DNA from: an uncultured bacterium
GTDB lineage: Bacteria > Hydrogenedentota > Hydrogenedentia > Hydrogenedentales > JAEUWI01
Direction: 5' to 3'
Assembly (NCBI GenBank): GCA_963977445.1
Contig: CAXBPH010000031.1
Coordinates: 1 to 38,368, forward strand
Length of the DNA: 38,368 nt
Part shown: one piece after another, positions 27,419 to 35,627 of the stretch
How the letters are laid out: each line of letters begins with the position of its first letter
How positions within the stretch are numbered: the stretch's first letter is position 1
Position numbers and translations under genes: made by a program
The notes under the pieces: generated by a model
Seen by the model: only the letters and a program-made list of their open reading frames with translations
Databases searched by the model: none
Told to the model about the DNA's origin: nothing

Positions 27419-30265
27419 ATGACCAAATTTCCCAGTCTGCTGCTATTCTTTCTAGCGTGCTCCCTCACCACCCTGGCCGGGGCCACAGGCATTGAGCCCG
27501 CTCGGCTGCGCTGTGAATACCTGGAGAACCCCCTCGGCATCGACGTGACCACACCACGACTCAGCTGGATCGTCACCTCCGAGACCCGAAGCCAGCTACA
27601 GACGGCCTATCAGATTCGCGTGGCTTCTGAGCCTTCACTCCTCGGCGATGGCACGGCCGATTTGTGGGACAGTGGCAAGGTCGCCAGCGATGAATCGGTC
27701 AATGTCCCCTACGCCGGTGCCGCCCTCTCCGCAAGGACCGCCTGTTTCTGGCAGATCCGCCTGTGGGGAAAAGATGACGCACCGAGCAGCTGGAGCGTGC
27801 CCGCCCATTGGTCGATGGGATTGCTGGACAAAGCCGCCTGGTCGGCCGAATGGATCACCTTTCAGGATGAAACGCCCCTGGAAGCCTCCCAGCAGAAAAT
27901 GGTCCTCCCCCCCGCCCGCTATTATCGGAAAGACTTCGCCGCCGCCAAAGAAGTAAAACGGGCCACCATCTATGCCACCGCCTTGGGCATCTATGAACTC
28001 AGCCTGAACGGTGCCCCCATCACCGACCAGGTCTTTACCCCCGGCTGGTCCGATTACCACAAACGGACTTACTACAACACGTTTGACGTAACAGCACACC
28101 TCAAGATGGGCGACAACGCCTGGGGTGCCGTCGTGGCGGACGGGTGGTATAGCGGCTACATCGGCTTTGGCCTCCTCGTCGGCTACGGTCCGAACAAATC
28201 AGGTCGGGCCTTCTACGGCAAGACCCCGGCCCTCCAGGCACAGCTCGAAATCGAATATACCGATGGCACAACGGAAACGATCATCACCGATGGCAGTTGG
28301 AAAACTGCCGTTGGCCCGGAACAGATCGCCGATATGCAGATGGGCGAAACCTATGATGCCCGGCTGGAAATGCCCGGCTGGAATGCCCCCGGCTTTGACG
28401 CCGCCACCTGGCAAAACGCCATCCTTGCCAAGGATACGCCAAGTATTAAGTCGCCCTACTGGGATCAGGGGGGAGACCGCGAGGTAGAACTGGGATTCCA
28501 GGAGCCGCCCGTATACCAGGCCTATCCCGGCGTACCCATTCGAGCAACAGAGCGCATCAAGCCCATCAGCGTCAACGAAATTGAACCCGGCGTCTATATC
28601 TTTGACATGGGACAGAATTTTTCCGGTGTGGTGGAACTGAAAGCGCAAGGTCCCGCAGGCACCCGGGTCCAACTCCGCCATGGGGAGATGCTCCACATCG
28701 ACGGCAAGCTCATGACGGAAAATCTCCGCAAGGCCCTTGCCACCGATGTCTACATCATGAAAGGGGACCCCGCGGGCGAAACCTGGCAGCCTCGCTTTAC
28801 TTTCCATGGCTTCCAGTTTGTCGAAATCACCGGCCTGGCCACGCCGCCCACGTTGGATACCCTCACGGGCGTAGTCATCCACTCCGACACGCCCCTCCGA
28901 AGTGCCTTTGCCTGCTCCGACGATATGGTAAACCAACTCTTCAGCAATATCGTCTGGACCCAGCGCTCTAACTTTCTGGAACTACCGACGGACTGTCCCC
29001 AACGGGACGAACGCCTCGGCTGGACCGGTGACGCCCAGATTTATGTGCGTGCGGCAACCTACAACGCCGACACGGCCGCCTTTTACACCAAGTGGCTCGA
29101 TGACCTCGAAGAAGCCCAGGAAGCCAATGGCGCCTACCCGGAATACGCCCCCCACCCCATGAACCACGGCCGGGATGGAATCACCTACGGCACAGGTTGG
29201 ATGGACGCGGGAATCATCTGCCCCTACACCGTCTACAAGGTCTACAGCGACACCCGGGTCATTGAGCGGCACTATGACTCCATGAAACGGTTTATGGAAT
29301 TCCGTCACCAGATTGCCCCGGACTTCCAGGGCGTCTACGTGGGCAATGACTGGGGCGACTGGCTCTCCCTGAGTAAAACGCCCATCGAATATATCGACGC
29401 CTGCTATTTCTACTACACGTCGTCACTCATGGCCGAAATGGCAGAAGCCATCGGCAAGACCGACGACGCCGCCACGTACCGGGACTGGATGAAAAACATC
29501 CAGGGGCGCTTCTACAAAAACTACGTGAACGACGACGGCACACTGGCCATCCGCACCCAGACCGCCTACGCCGTGGCCCTGTTTGTCGGAATCCTTCCCG
29601 ACGCCCAACGTCAGGCAGCGGGCGATAACCTCGCCGCGCTCATTGCGGTCGAAGACAACGCCATGAGCACGGGCTTCATCGGCACCCGCCCCCTGCTCCC
29701 CGCCCTGACCGCCACGGGGCACCATGACCTGGCAACCCGGCTCCTGCAAAACCGAAAGTACCCCTCCTGGGGCTTCGAAGTGGTCAACGGCGCAACCACG
29801 ATCTGGGAACGATGGAACAGCTACACGAAGGAAGGTGGATTCGTCGCCGGCATGAACTCCTTCAGCCACTACTCCTTCGGCGCGGTCTGCGAATGGATGT
29901 TCCAGTCCCTCGCGGGAATCGATACCGACGGCCCAGGCTACAAGCACATCATCCTCCGCCCCGGCCCACCGGCGGCGGAGAGCAACCCCGACTTCGCGCC
30001 CATCAACTGGGTTACGGCGGAATACGACTCCATCCGCGGTCCCATCAAAACCGCATGGAAGAAGGAAGGCACCACCTTCTCCTACGAAGTGACCATCCCC
30101 GCAAACACCACGGCTACCCTCTACCTGCCCCAGGCCGAAAACGAGGTATTTATCTACCCCATCGAGCAGCAGGATGGCATTACCAACAACGGCCTCGTCG
30201 AAAACGGCCGCGCGGTGCTGGAATTGGCCTCAGGAAACTATCAGTTTTCCGTCACACCAAAATAA
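27419..30265 (+). CDS. Secreted GH78 family alpha-L-rhamnosidase-like glycoside hydrolase
   Basis: Signal peptide; 'LRCEYLENPLGID..PRLSW', 'FDMGQNFSG', 'PRFTFHGFQFVE', 'PTDCPQRDERLGWTGDAQ', 'GATTIWERW', 'MNSFSHYSFGAV'. ATG at 27419 after GAGGA. Confidence 0.93.
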   Translation: MTKFPSLLLFFLACSLTTLAGATGIEPARLRCEYLENPLGIDVTTPRLSWIVTSETRSQLQTAYQIRVASEPSLLGDGTADLWDSGKVASDESVNVPYAGAALSARTACFWQIRLWGKDDAPSSWSVPAHWSMGLLDKAAWSAEWITFQDETPLEASQQKMVLPPARYYRKDFAAAKEVKRATIYATALGIYELSLNGAPITDQVFTPGWSDYHKRTYYNTFDVTAHLKMGDNAWGAVVADGWYSGYIGFGLLVGYGPNKSGRAFYGKTPALQAQLEIEYTDGTTETIITDGSWKTAVGPEQIADMQMGETYDARLEMPGWNAPGFDAATWQNAILAKDTPSIKSPYWDQGGDREVELGFQEPPVYQAYPGVPIRATERIKPISVNEIEPGVYIFDMGQNFSGVVELKAQGPAGTRVQLRHGEMLHIDGKLMTENLRKALATDVYIMKGDPAGETWQPRFTFHGFQFVEITGLATPPTLDTLTGVVIHSDTPLRSAFACSDDMVNQLFSNIVWTQRSNFLELPTDCPQRDERLGWTGDAQIYVRAATYNADTAAFYTKWLDDLEEAQEANGAYPEYAPHPMNHGRDGITYGTGWMDAGIICPYTVYKVYSDTRVIERHYDSMKRFMEFRHQIAPDFQGVYVGNDWGDWLSLSKTPIEYIDACYFYYTSSLMAEMAEAIGKTDDAATYRDWMKNIQGRFYKNYVNDDGTLAIRTQTAYAVALFVGILPDAQRQAAGDNLAALIAVEDNAMSTGFIGTRPLLPALTATGHHDLATRLLQNRKYPSWGFEVVNGATTIWERWNSYTKEGGFVAGMNSFSHYSFGAVCEWMFQSLAGIDTDGPGYKHIILRPGPPAAESNPDFAPINWVTAEYDSIRGPIKTAWKKEGTTFSYEVTIPANTTATLYLPQAENEVFIYPIEQQDGITNNGLVENGRAVLELASGNYQFSVTPK

Positions 30266-30292
30266 CAATCTTAAACACGGCACAAGAACAAC

Positions 30293-30324
30293 AACAGGAA
30301 CCCCATCGGGTTCCTGTTTTTTTT
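30293..30324 (+). terminator. Rho-independent terminator after the GH78 gene
   Basis: 11-bp stem AACAGGAACCC / GGGTTCCTGTT, 4-nt loop, T run to 30324. Confidence 0.9.
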
Positions 30325-30401
30325 GAGTTCATGGGCAATGAGAGGGACTGGTTTATTTAATCTCTCACGTGCCGGAGCTAAAAGGTTGACTCGATGGGCT
30401 C

Positions 30402-30468
30402 TTGCGAATCATGTCGTCACGCAACTTTTTGCAGATAAAAATTCAAACCATGGACGTGCCGCACGATC
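30402..30468 (-). repeat. 67-bp dispersed repeat, copy 2
   Basis: Reverse complement aligns to 14104-14170 at 59/67. Confidence 0.85.
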
Positions 30469-30538
30469 GATGGGTAAAGTTTGTTTTGGCGGAGTGAGTC
30501 TTTGTTGGCACCCATTAACTGCCCATGGACCTTATCTT

Positions 30539-31246
30539 TTACCCAACCTCTTCAAAACGATAGCCCACACCGCGAACGGTTACAATAATTCTGGGGTGGG
30601 CCGGGTCCGCCTCTATTTTCTTGCGAATGTGACCAATATGGACATCCACAACTTTGGGCACGCCGTAGTACGAGTGCTTCCACGCCATCTCAATGAGCTG
30701 ATCCCGATTGAACACCCGGTTGGGACGGCGGGCCAGGGTCCAGAGCAATTCGAATTCGATGGCCGTGAGGTCGACTTCCACGCCATCTTTCCAGACCCGA
30801 CGGGATTCGGGGTCAATGCGTAAACCGGAAATGCGACGTTCACTGTCGGATGGGGCCTTCCGCGCCTGACGACGCAGAATTACCTGAATACGGGCCAGAA
30901 ACTCCTGGGGGTCAAAAGGCTTTGTCAGATAATCGTCGGCCCCCATGGTGAGGGCCATCACCTTTACGGCACCCACCGTCGTTGCGCTGAGCATAAAGAC
31001 CGGGGTTTCAAAATCTTCACGAACCCGTCGCAGCACGTCAATACCATCCAGGGGGGCCTCGTCTTCCCCGGCGGGCAAGGAAATATCGAGGATAACCACG
31101 TCTGGCTCAAAGGAAACCAACTTCTTGAGGGCGTCCGGACCGTCCACCGCCGTCGCCAGGGTGTAGCCCTCCCCCATCAACTGTTTCTTCACCCGCTCGA
31201 GCAACGCCAGATCATCATCCACCACGAGAATACGTTCACCAGCCAT
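30539..31246 (-). CDS. OmpR/PhoB-family response regulator
   Basis: Receiver domain 'ILVVDDD...VVILDISLP...GADDYLTKPF' plus winged helix 'LTAIEFELL...VVDVHIGHIRKKIE...TVRGVGYRF'. Confidence 0.95.
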   Translation of the reverse strand: MAGERILVVDDDLALLERVKKQLMGEGYTLATAVDGPDALKKLVSFEPDVVILDISLPAGEDEAPLDGIDVLRRVREDFETPVFMLSATTVGAVKVMALTMGADDYLTKPFDPQEFLARIQVILRRQARKAPSDSERRISGLRIDPESRRVWKDGVEVDLTAIEFELLWTLARRPNRVFNRDQLIEMAWKHSYYGVPKVVDVHIGHIRKKIEADPAHPRIIVTVRGVGYRFEEVG

Positions 31247-31249
31247 GGC

Positions 31250-32377
31250 TCATGCCTCCCCCTGCTGCGAGGGGATGGGGGCAAGGGTAAAGGAGAACCG
31301 TGCTCCCGTACCAACGGCACTTTCTGCCCAGACCTCCCCGCCATGGCGATTCACAATTCGCTTTACCACCGCGAGCCCCACGCCGGAGCCTTCGAAATCT
31401 TCGGGCTGGTGGAATCGCTGAAATACACCAAAGAGCTTGTCTGCCCTGTCCATATCAAAGCCGACGCCATTGTCTTCCACCGTAAATCGTGCCACGCCGC
31501 TGCTGTCCTCCCGTCCAATACGTATTTCTCCATGCCCTCGGGGACGGGTAAATTTCGCTCCGTTCCCGATAAGGTTGGCGAAGACCTGTCGAATCAGGAC
31601 GGGGTCTCCGAGGGCAACACCCAAATCTGAAAGCTCAATAGTAAGGTCACGCCCGTCCAGCTCCAACCGGGTCGTTTCCACCACCTCCCGGGCAACACCG
31701 GTCATATCGACTTCCTCACGTCGCAAATCGAGACTGGTCACCTTGGAGAATTCCAGAAGATCCTCCACCAGACAAGCCGTCTGGCGAGAGCCCTCCCGAA
31801 TCTGCTCCGCAAGCTGCAGGGCCTCCGAAGAAAGCTCATGGCTGTGACGCTCAATGAGCAGATAGGCAATTTTGTCAATAAAACGAAGGGGTGCCCGCAA
31901 ATCATGGGCCACGGAATAGGAGAAGCCCTCCAGTTCCTGATTTAAACGCTCCAGCGTCTCCGCTTTCTGCTCCGCCACGCTTGTCCGCTCGGAAACGTCC
32001 TCCATGCGAAGCGCCACACAGGGGATGGCGTTTACCCCCACGAAAGATGTCGCCGTAAGAAGCATGGTGCGCGGGCCATCGGTACCTTCGGCCATCGTAA
32101 GCCGGATGGAATCGTCGACGCCCCGCTGTGCCATCGCCAACACACATTCAAGCAACCCGTCAAGGGACGGGGCCTCTTGAAGAACGGATAAAATCGATTG
32201 ATTCAGCAGCACGTCCCGGGATATCGCTACGAAGGCAAAAAATGCTGCATTCCCTTCGAAGACAACACCTTCCCTGTCCAAAACAACGATCGGATCCGGC
32301 AGGTTGTCCAAATAGGAGGTGGCCAGCGTGGGATCATGCCACCCAGCTGCATGGGTTGGCGTCTTCATGGGCAGCAT
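31250..32377 (-). CDS. Cytoplasmic PAS-domain sensor histidine kinase
   Basis: PAS 'LDNLPDPIVVLDREG....N.AF'; H-box 'FSYSVAHDLRAPLR'; N-box 'NLIGNGAKF'; 'DNGVGF'; 'GSGVGLAVVKRIV'; no TM segment. The start may be 32368. Confidence 0.92.
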   Translation of the reverse strand: MLPMKTPTHAAGWHDPTLATSYLDNLPDPIVVLDREGVVFEGNAAFFAFVAISRDVLLNQSILSVLQEAPSLDGLLECVLAMAQRGVDDSIRLTMAEGTDGPRTMLLTATSFVGVNAIPCVALRMEDVSERTSVAEQKAETLERLNQELEGFSYSVAHDLRAPLRFIDKIAYLLIERHSHELSSEALQLAEQIREGSRQTACLVEDLLEFSKVTSLDLRREEVDMTGVAREVVETTRLELDGRDLTIELSDLGVALGDPVLIRQVFANLIGNGAKFTRPRGHGEIRIGREDSSGVARFTVEDNGVGFDMDRADKLFGVFQRFHQPEDFEGSGVGLAVVKRIVNRHGGEVWAESAVGTGARFSFTLAPIPSQQGEA

Positions 32378-32421
32378 TGCAGCATCGGCCCCACCCCGAG
32401 GCGACGAGAAGGCACCACAAG

Positions 32422-32476
32422 CTTTACCAAAACTTTACCCATACTTAACCCTTACTTAATGAATAGGCGGTACTGT
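32422..32476 (+). promoter_or_regulatory. Four 11-bp-period direct repeats (OmpR/PhoB-type binding array) followed by a candidate -10 element
   Basis: CTTTACC at 32422 and 32433, CTTAACC at 32444, CTTAATG at 32455; TACTGT at 32471-32476. Confidence 0.65.
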
Positions 32477-32510
32477 TATCGTCAGTTATCTGCACAAAAG
32501 GAGAATTACG

Positions 32511-32723
32511 ATGACTACTGGCGGAAACCGGCTCTCAGATGAGACGACCCGACTTAAACAAGACTTCAAAGAAGACTTTAAAGAAGAACTCGAAACGTTT
32601 GACGACGACGAGGATGGCGATCTGTCATCAAAAAAACTTCGTCGCTCCTGGAAGGACGATAATCGTCGCCAGGATCGCCAATCGAAAAAACAACGCCAAC
32701 GGAACCCTGAATGGAACGACTAA
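32511..32723 (+). CDS. Small highly charged hypothetical protein (70 aa)
   Basis: ATG preceded by an AAGGAG RBS; fills the gap before the next gene; acidic middle and Arg/Lys-rich C-terminus. Confidence 0.6.
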   Translation: MTTGGNRLSDETTRLKQDFKEDFKEELETFDDDEDGDLSSKKLRRSWKDDNRRQDRQSKKQRQRNPEWND

Positions 32724-32832
32724 TACGGTCTGCTTACGCAAACCCGTTTCGGCCTGCCCGGAGCAAAGAATACCCCACGGTCTTGAATAATTCCAAATCT
32801 GTCCCCTTCCTGACCACAGATTTCCCCACCTG

Positions 32833-34734
32833 ATGGACATCGATGCCAACACGAATCGTGGAAGCAGAACGTTGGGGCCCGTGCACGATCTGGAACGCCA
32901 CCTGCCCTCGGAATGGTGGCGCACCCTTTTCAATGCGGTTTACTTGCAGACCGATGGCGATGTGGTTGAAAACACAGCCAGCACGGAAAGCGACGTAGCC
33001 CTCCTCATTGAGAGTGCCAAGCTCACCCCGGAAGACTCCATCCTGGATCTATGCTGTGGACAAGGCAGACATTCCCTGGAACTGGCCCGGCGGGGTTTCC
33101 CCCATGTTACCGGACTGGATCGCTCCCGTTACCTCGTGCGCCTCGCCCGGAAACGGAACAAGCAACAAGGCCTTTCCGCAACCTTTCGGGAAGGGGATGC
33201 GCGAAAATTCCGTCTCCCCCCGGAGTCCTTCACCTGTGTAGCCGTCATGGGCAACTCCTTTGGCTACTTCGAGCGCTCGGAAGACGATCTTTCCGTACTG
33301 GCGTCCATTTGGCGCGTACTCAAGCCCGGCGGCCGTGTCGTGCTGGACGTCGTTGATGGCAATTGGATGCGGGAAGAATTCGAACCCCGTTCCTGGGAGT
33401 GGATCGACGAAAACCATTTCGTCTGCCGCGAACGTGCCCTCGCCCACGATGGCCAACGGCTTATATCGCGGGAAATCGTCACCCATGCGGAACGGGGCGT
33501 TATCGCCGACCAGTTTTACGCGGAGCGCCTCTACGCCTATAGTGAGCTGGAAGCCCTGCTGAAAAAAGCCGGCTTTTCCGACATTCGCCAGGGCGAAGAA
33601 CCCATTACCCTCTCTGATCGGAGCCAGGACCTGGGTATGTTGTCCCGACGCATCTGCATCGTGGCCTTCAAGCCCGTCAATGTCGTGAAACGTCCCCGTC
33701 GTGGCCCACTCTTTCCAAAGGTCGTCGTATTGCAGGGGGATCCCTCCCTGCCGGACGATGTAAAACGGGAAGGCGTGTTCGCCGAGGAAGACCTCGACAC
33801 CATCAAACGGATGCAAGACGCGTTGGGCTCTCTTACGGAGTATAAATTCTCCTATTGGGATAACCACGGTGGCCTGCTGAAGTTTCTGGAAGAAGAACGA
33901 CCCGATTTCGTGCTCAATCTGTGCGATGAAGGCTTCAAGAACGATCCCTTCAAAGAATTGCACGTCACCGCCGTATTGGAGATGTTTGGCATTCCCTATA
34001 GCGGTGCAGGACCCCGCGCCCTGGGCCTCTGCTATGACAAGGCCCTCGTGCGTTCCGTGGCCCAATCCCTGGATATTCCCGTACCCCTGGAGTCTTTCTT
34101 TGGTGCAGACGACCAGATGGCCACCCTGCCTTCGGTCTTCCCCGCGCTGGTAAAGCCCAATCTGGGAGACAGCAGCCAGGGCATCACCAAAGACGCCGTG
34201 GTCAACAACAAAGAAGAATTCGTCACCTATTGGGAATGGCTGCGCTCGGAATTTCCGGACCGCCCCCTACTCGTGCAGGAATTCTTGAGTGGACCGGAAT
34301 ACAGTGTGGGCGTCGTCGGCAATGTGGGCTCCGGATTTCTTGTACTGCCCGTACTGGAAGTGGATTACTCGGGACTCGATCCCGACCTCCCCCGCATTCT
34401 CGGATACGAGTCCAAATGGGCCCCCGACTCACCCTATTGGAACGATATCAAGTGCAAAAAAGCCGTGCTGGACGACGCCACCCGACGTCAGATTTCCGAC
34501 AATTCCCTGCTCCTTTTCGAGCGCCTGGGCTGTCGCGACTACGCGCGCTTTGACTTCCGTACCGATACGGACGGCTGCATAAAACTTCTCGAAGCCAACC
34601 CCAATCCGGGATGGTGCTGGGATGGCAAGTTGAACCTGATGGCCGACTTTGCCGGGTATACCTACGCGGAATTGCTCTGCCTCATCGTTGAGGCCGCCCA
34701 ACTCCGTTACGGTGCCGCCCCCGCCCATTCCTGA
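32833..34734 (+). CDS. Class I SAM methyltransferase fused to a D-Ala-D-Ala-ligase-like ATP-grasp domain
   Basis: SAM motif I 'ILDLCCGQGRH', 'REGDAR', 'GNSFGYF'; ATP-grasp motifs 'LVKPNLGDSSQGI', 'LVQEFLSGPEYSVG', 'YESKW', 'RDYARFDFR', 'LLEANPNPG'. Confidence 0.88.
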   Translation: MDIDANTNRGSRTLGPVHDLERHLPSEWWRTLFNAVYLQTDGDVVENTASTESDVALLIESAKLTPEDSILDLCCGQGRHSLELARRGFPHVTGLDRSRYLVRLARKRNKQQGLSATFREGDARKFRLPPESFTCVAVMGNSFGYFERSEDDLSVLASIWRVLKPGGRVVLDVVDGNWMREEFEPRSWEWIDENHFVCRERALAHDGQRLISREIVTHAERGVIADQFYAERLYAYSELEALLKKAGFSDIRQGEEPITLSDRSQDLGMLSRRICIVAFKPVNVVKRPRRGPLFPKVVVLQGDPSLPDDVKREGVFAEEDLDTIKRMQDALGSLTEYKFSYWDNHGGLLKFLEEERPDFVLNLCDEGFKNDPFKELHVTAVLEMFGIPYSGAGPRALGLCYDKALVRSVAQSLDIPVPLESFFGADDQMATLPSVFPALVKPNLGDSSQGITKDAVVNNKEEFVTYWEWLRSEFPDRPLLVQEFLSGPEYSVGVVGNVGSGFLVLPVLEVDYSGLDPDLPRILGYESKWAPDSPYWNDIKCKKAVLDDATRRQISDNSLLLFERLGCRDYARFDFRTDTDGCIKLLEANPNPGWCWDGKLNLMADFAGYTYAELLCLIVEAAQLRYGAAPAHS

Positions 34735-34744
34735 TCGTTATAAC

Positions 34745-34782
34745 GGGTGCCGGTGCAGTTCCTGCTCAAGTTCTGCACCGGC
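34745..34782 (+). repeat. GGGTGCC-tagged palindrome (REP-like)
   Basis: 10-bp stem GCCGGTGCAG / CTGCACCGGC, loop containing GCTCAAG. Confidence 0.55.
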
Positions 34783-34814
34783 GTTTCCGTCTTTGTGCAA
34801 AACCGACAACCGAT

Positions 34815-34879
34815 CTTGGACATTCCTGTCCGAGACAAGGCCCACAAAGGAGCTTGGACATTCCTGTCCGAGACAAGGC
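34815..34879 (+). repeat. Two direct copies of a 27-bp REP related to the RAYT-flanking REP
   Basis: CTTGGACATTCCTGTCCGAGACAAGGC at 34815 and 34853; 23/27 identical to 27197-27223, with a compensatory G-C to A-T stem change. Confidence 0.85.
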
Positions 34880-34926
34880 GCACCTCCCACAAGCAGCTGC
34901 CCCCTCACCCAGCAAAACATACCATC

Positions 34927-34960
34927 GGGTGCCACGGACAAGCGCTCAAGCTTGCCCGTG
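34927..34960 (+). repeat. Second GGGTGCC-tagged palindrome (REP-like)
   Basis: Stem CACGGACAAGC / GCTTGCCCGTG (10/11) with GCTCAA loop; same 5' tag and loop motif as 34745-34782. Confidence 0.55.
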
Positions 34961-35111
34961 CAGAGCATTCTAATGTCCCGGGCCATGCCCCCGCCCCATC
35001 CCACACCTCCCTTGCACCCCAGCCCCGTCTCTGCTCTAATATCCCCAAGCTTCGCCATCGTGGTCGAAAGCAAACACCGGCGTCCTTACGCCCCACCCCG
35101 GAGATTTCCAC

Positions 35112-35510
35112 ATGCATTCGTACTCCTATGTCGCCTTGGCCATTGCAACCATGATTATCGCAGGGTGTTCCAGCCCCAGTGGAAACAACGACGGGGCAAC
35201 GCCCACCTCGGACGCCGCGCCCGCGGCGGCCTCGCCTACCTACGCCAACGACATTGCGCCCATCTTCGAGGCCCGCTGCGCCAAGTGTCACATCGAAGGG
35301 ACCAAGGGCGAACTCTCCCTGGCCTCCTTGGAGTCCGCCCTCAAAGGGGGTAAAAAAGGGGGCGACATTGTCCCCGGGGACAGCGACAACAGTCTGCTCG
35401 TGCAGATGATTTCCGGATTGGCGGAAAAGCAGATGCCCCCAAAAGGCGATCCCCTTTCCGATGCCGATATCGCGACGATCAAACAGTGGATTGATGGCGG
35501 GGCAAAGTAG
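35112..35510 (+). CDS. Mono-haem c-type cytochrome lipoprotein (planctomycete cytochrome c domain)
   Basis: Lipobox 'IIAGC'; 'Y..DIAPIF..RCAKCH' (CxxCH); 'GG..G..IVPGDSDNSLL'; 'QMPP....LS...I..IKQWIDGGA'. Confidence 0.88.
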   Translation: MHSYSYVALAIATMIIAGCSSPSGNNDGATPTSDAAPAAASPTYANDIAPIFEARCAKCHIEGTKGELSLASLESALKGGKKGGDIVPGDSDNSLLVQMISGLAEKQMPPKGDPLSDADIATIKQWIDGGAK

Positions 35511-35571
35511 TCCCCATCAAGATACTGTGCTTCATCCCATTGCCTGGGCGGTGGGTGTTGTCCAATACACG

Positions 35572-35600
35572 GGGAGGCGGGACCCGTCCCGCCTCCCTAC
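35572..35600 (-). repeat. GTAG-type REP palindrome
   Basis: Minus strand reads GTAGGGAGGCGGGAC-GG-GTCCCGCCTCCC: perfect 12-bp stem with a 5' GTAG tag and no U tract. Confidence 0.6.
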
Positions 35601-35627
35601 GCCCGGCCCACCGATGGAGCTTTCCTT

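Noticed and set aside
32833..34734. Housekeeping ddl or vancomycin-resistance ligase
   Set aside because: It is fused to a methyltransferase, lacks the N-terminal GGxSxE motif, and has no van or mur neighbours.
34815..34879. 27-bp direct repeats as a mini-CRISPR
   Set aside because: Only two copies with an 11-bp spacer, and the sequence matches the RAYT-associated REP.
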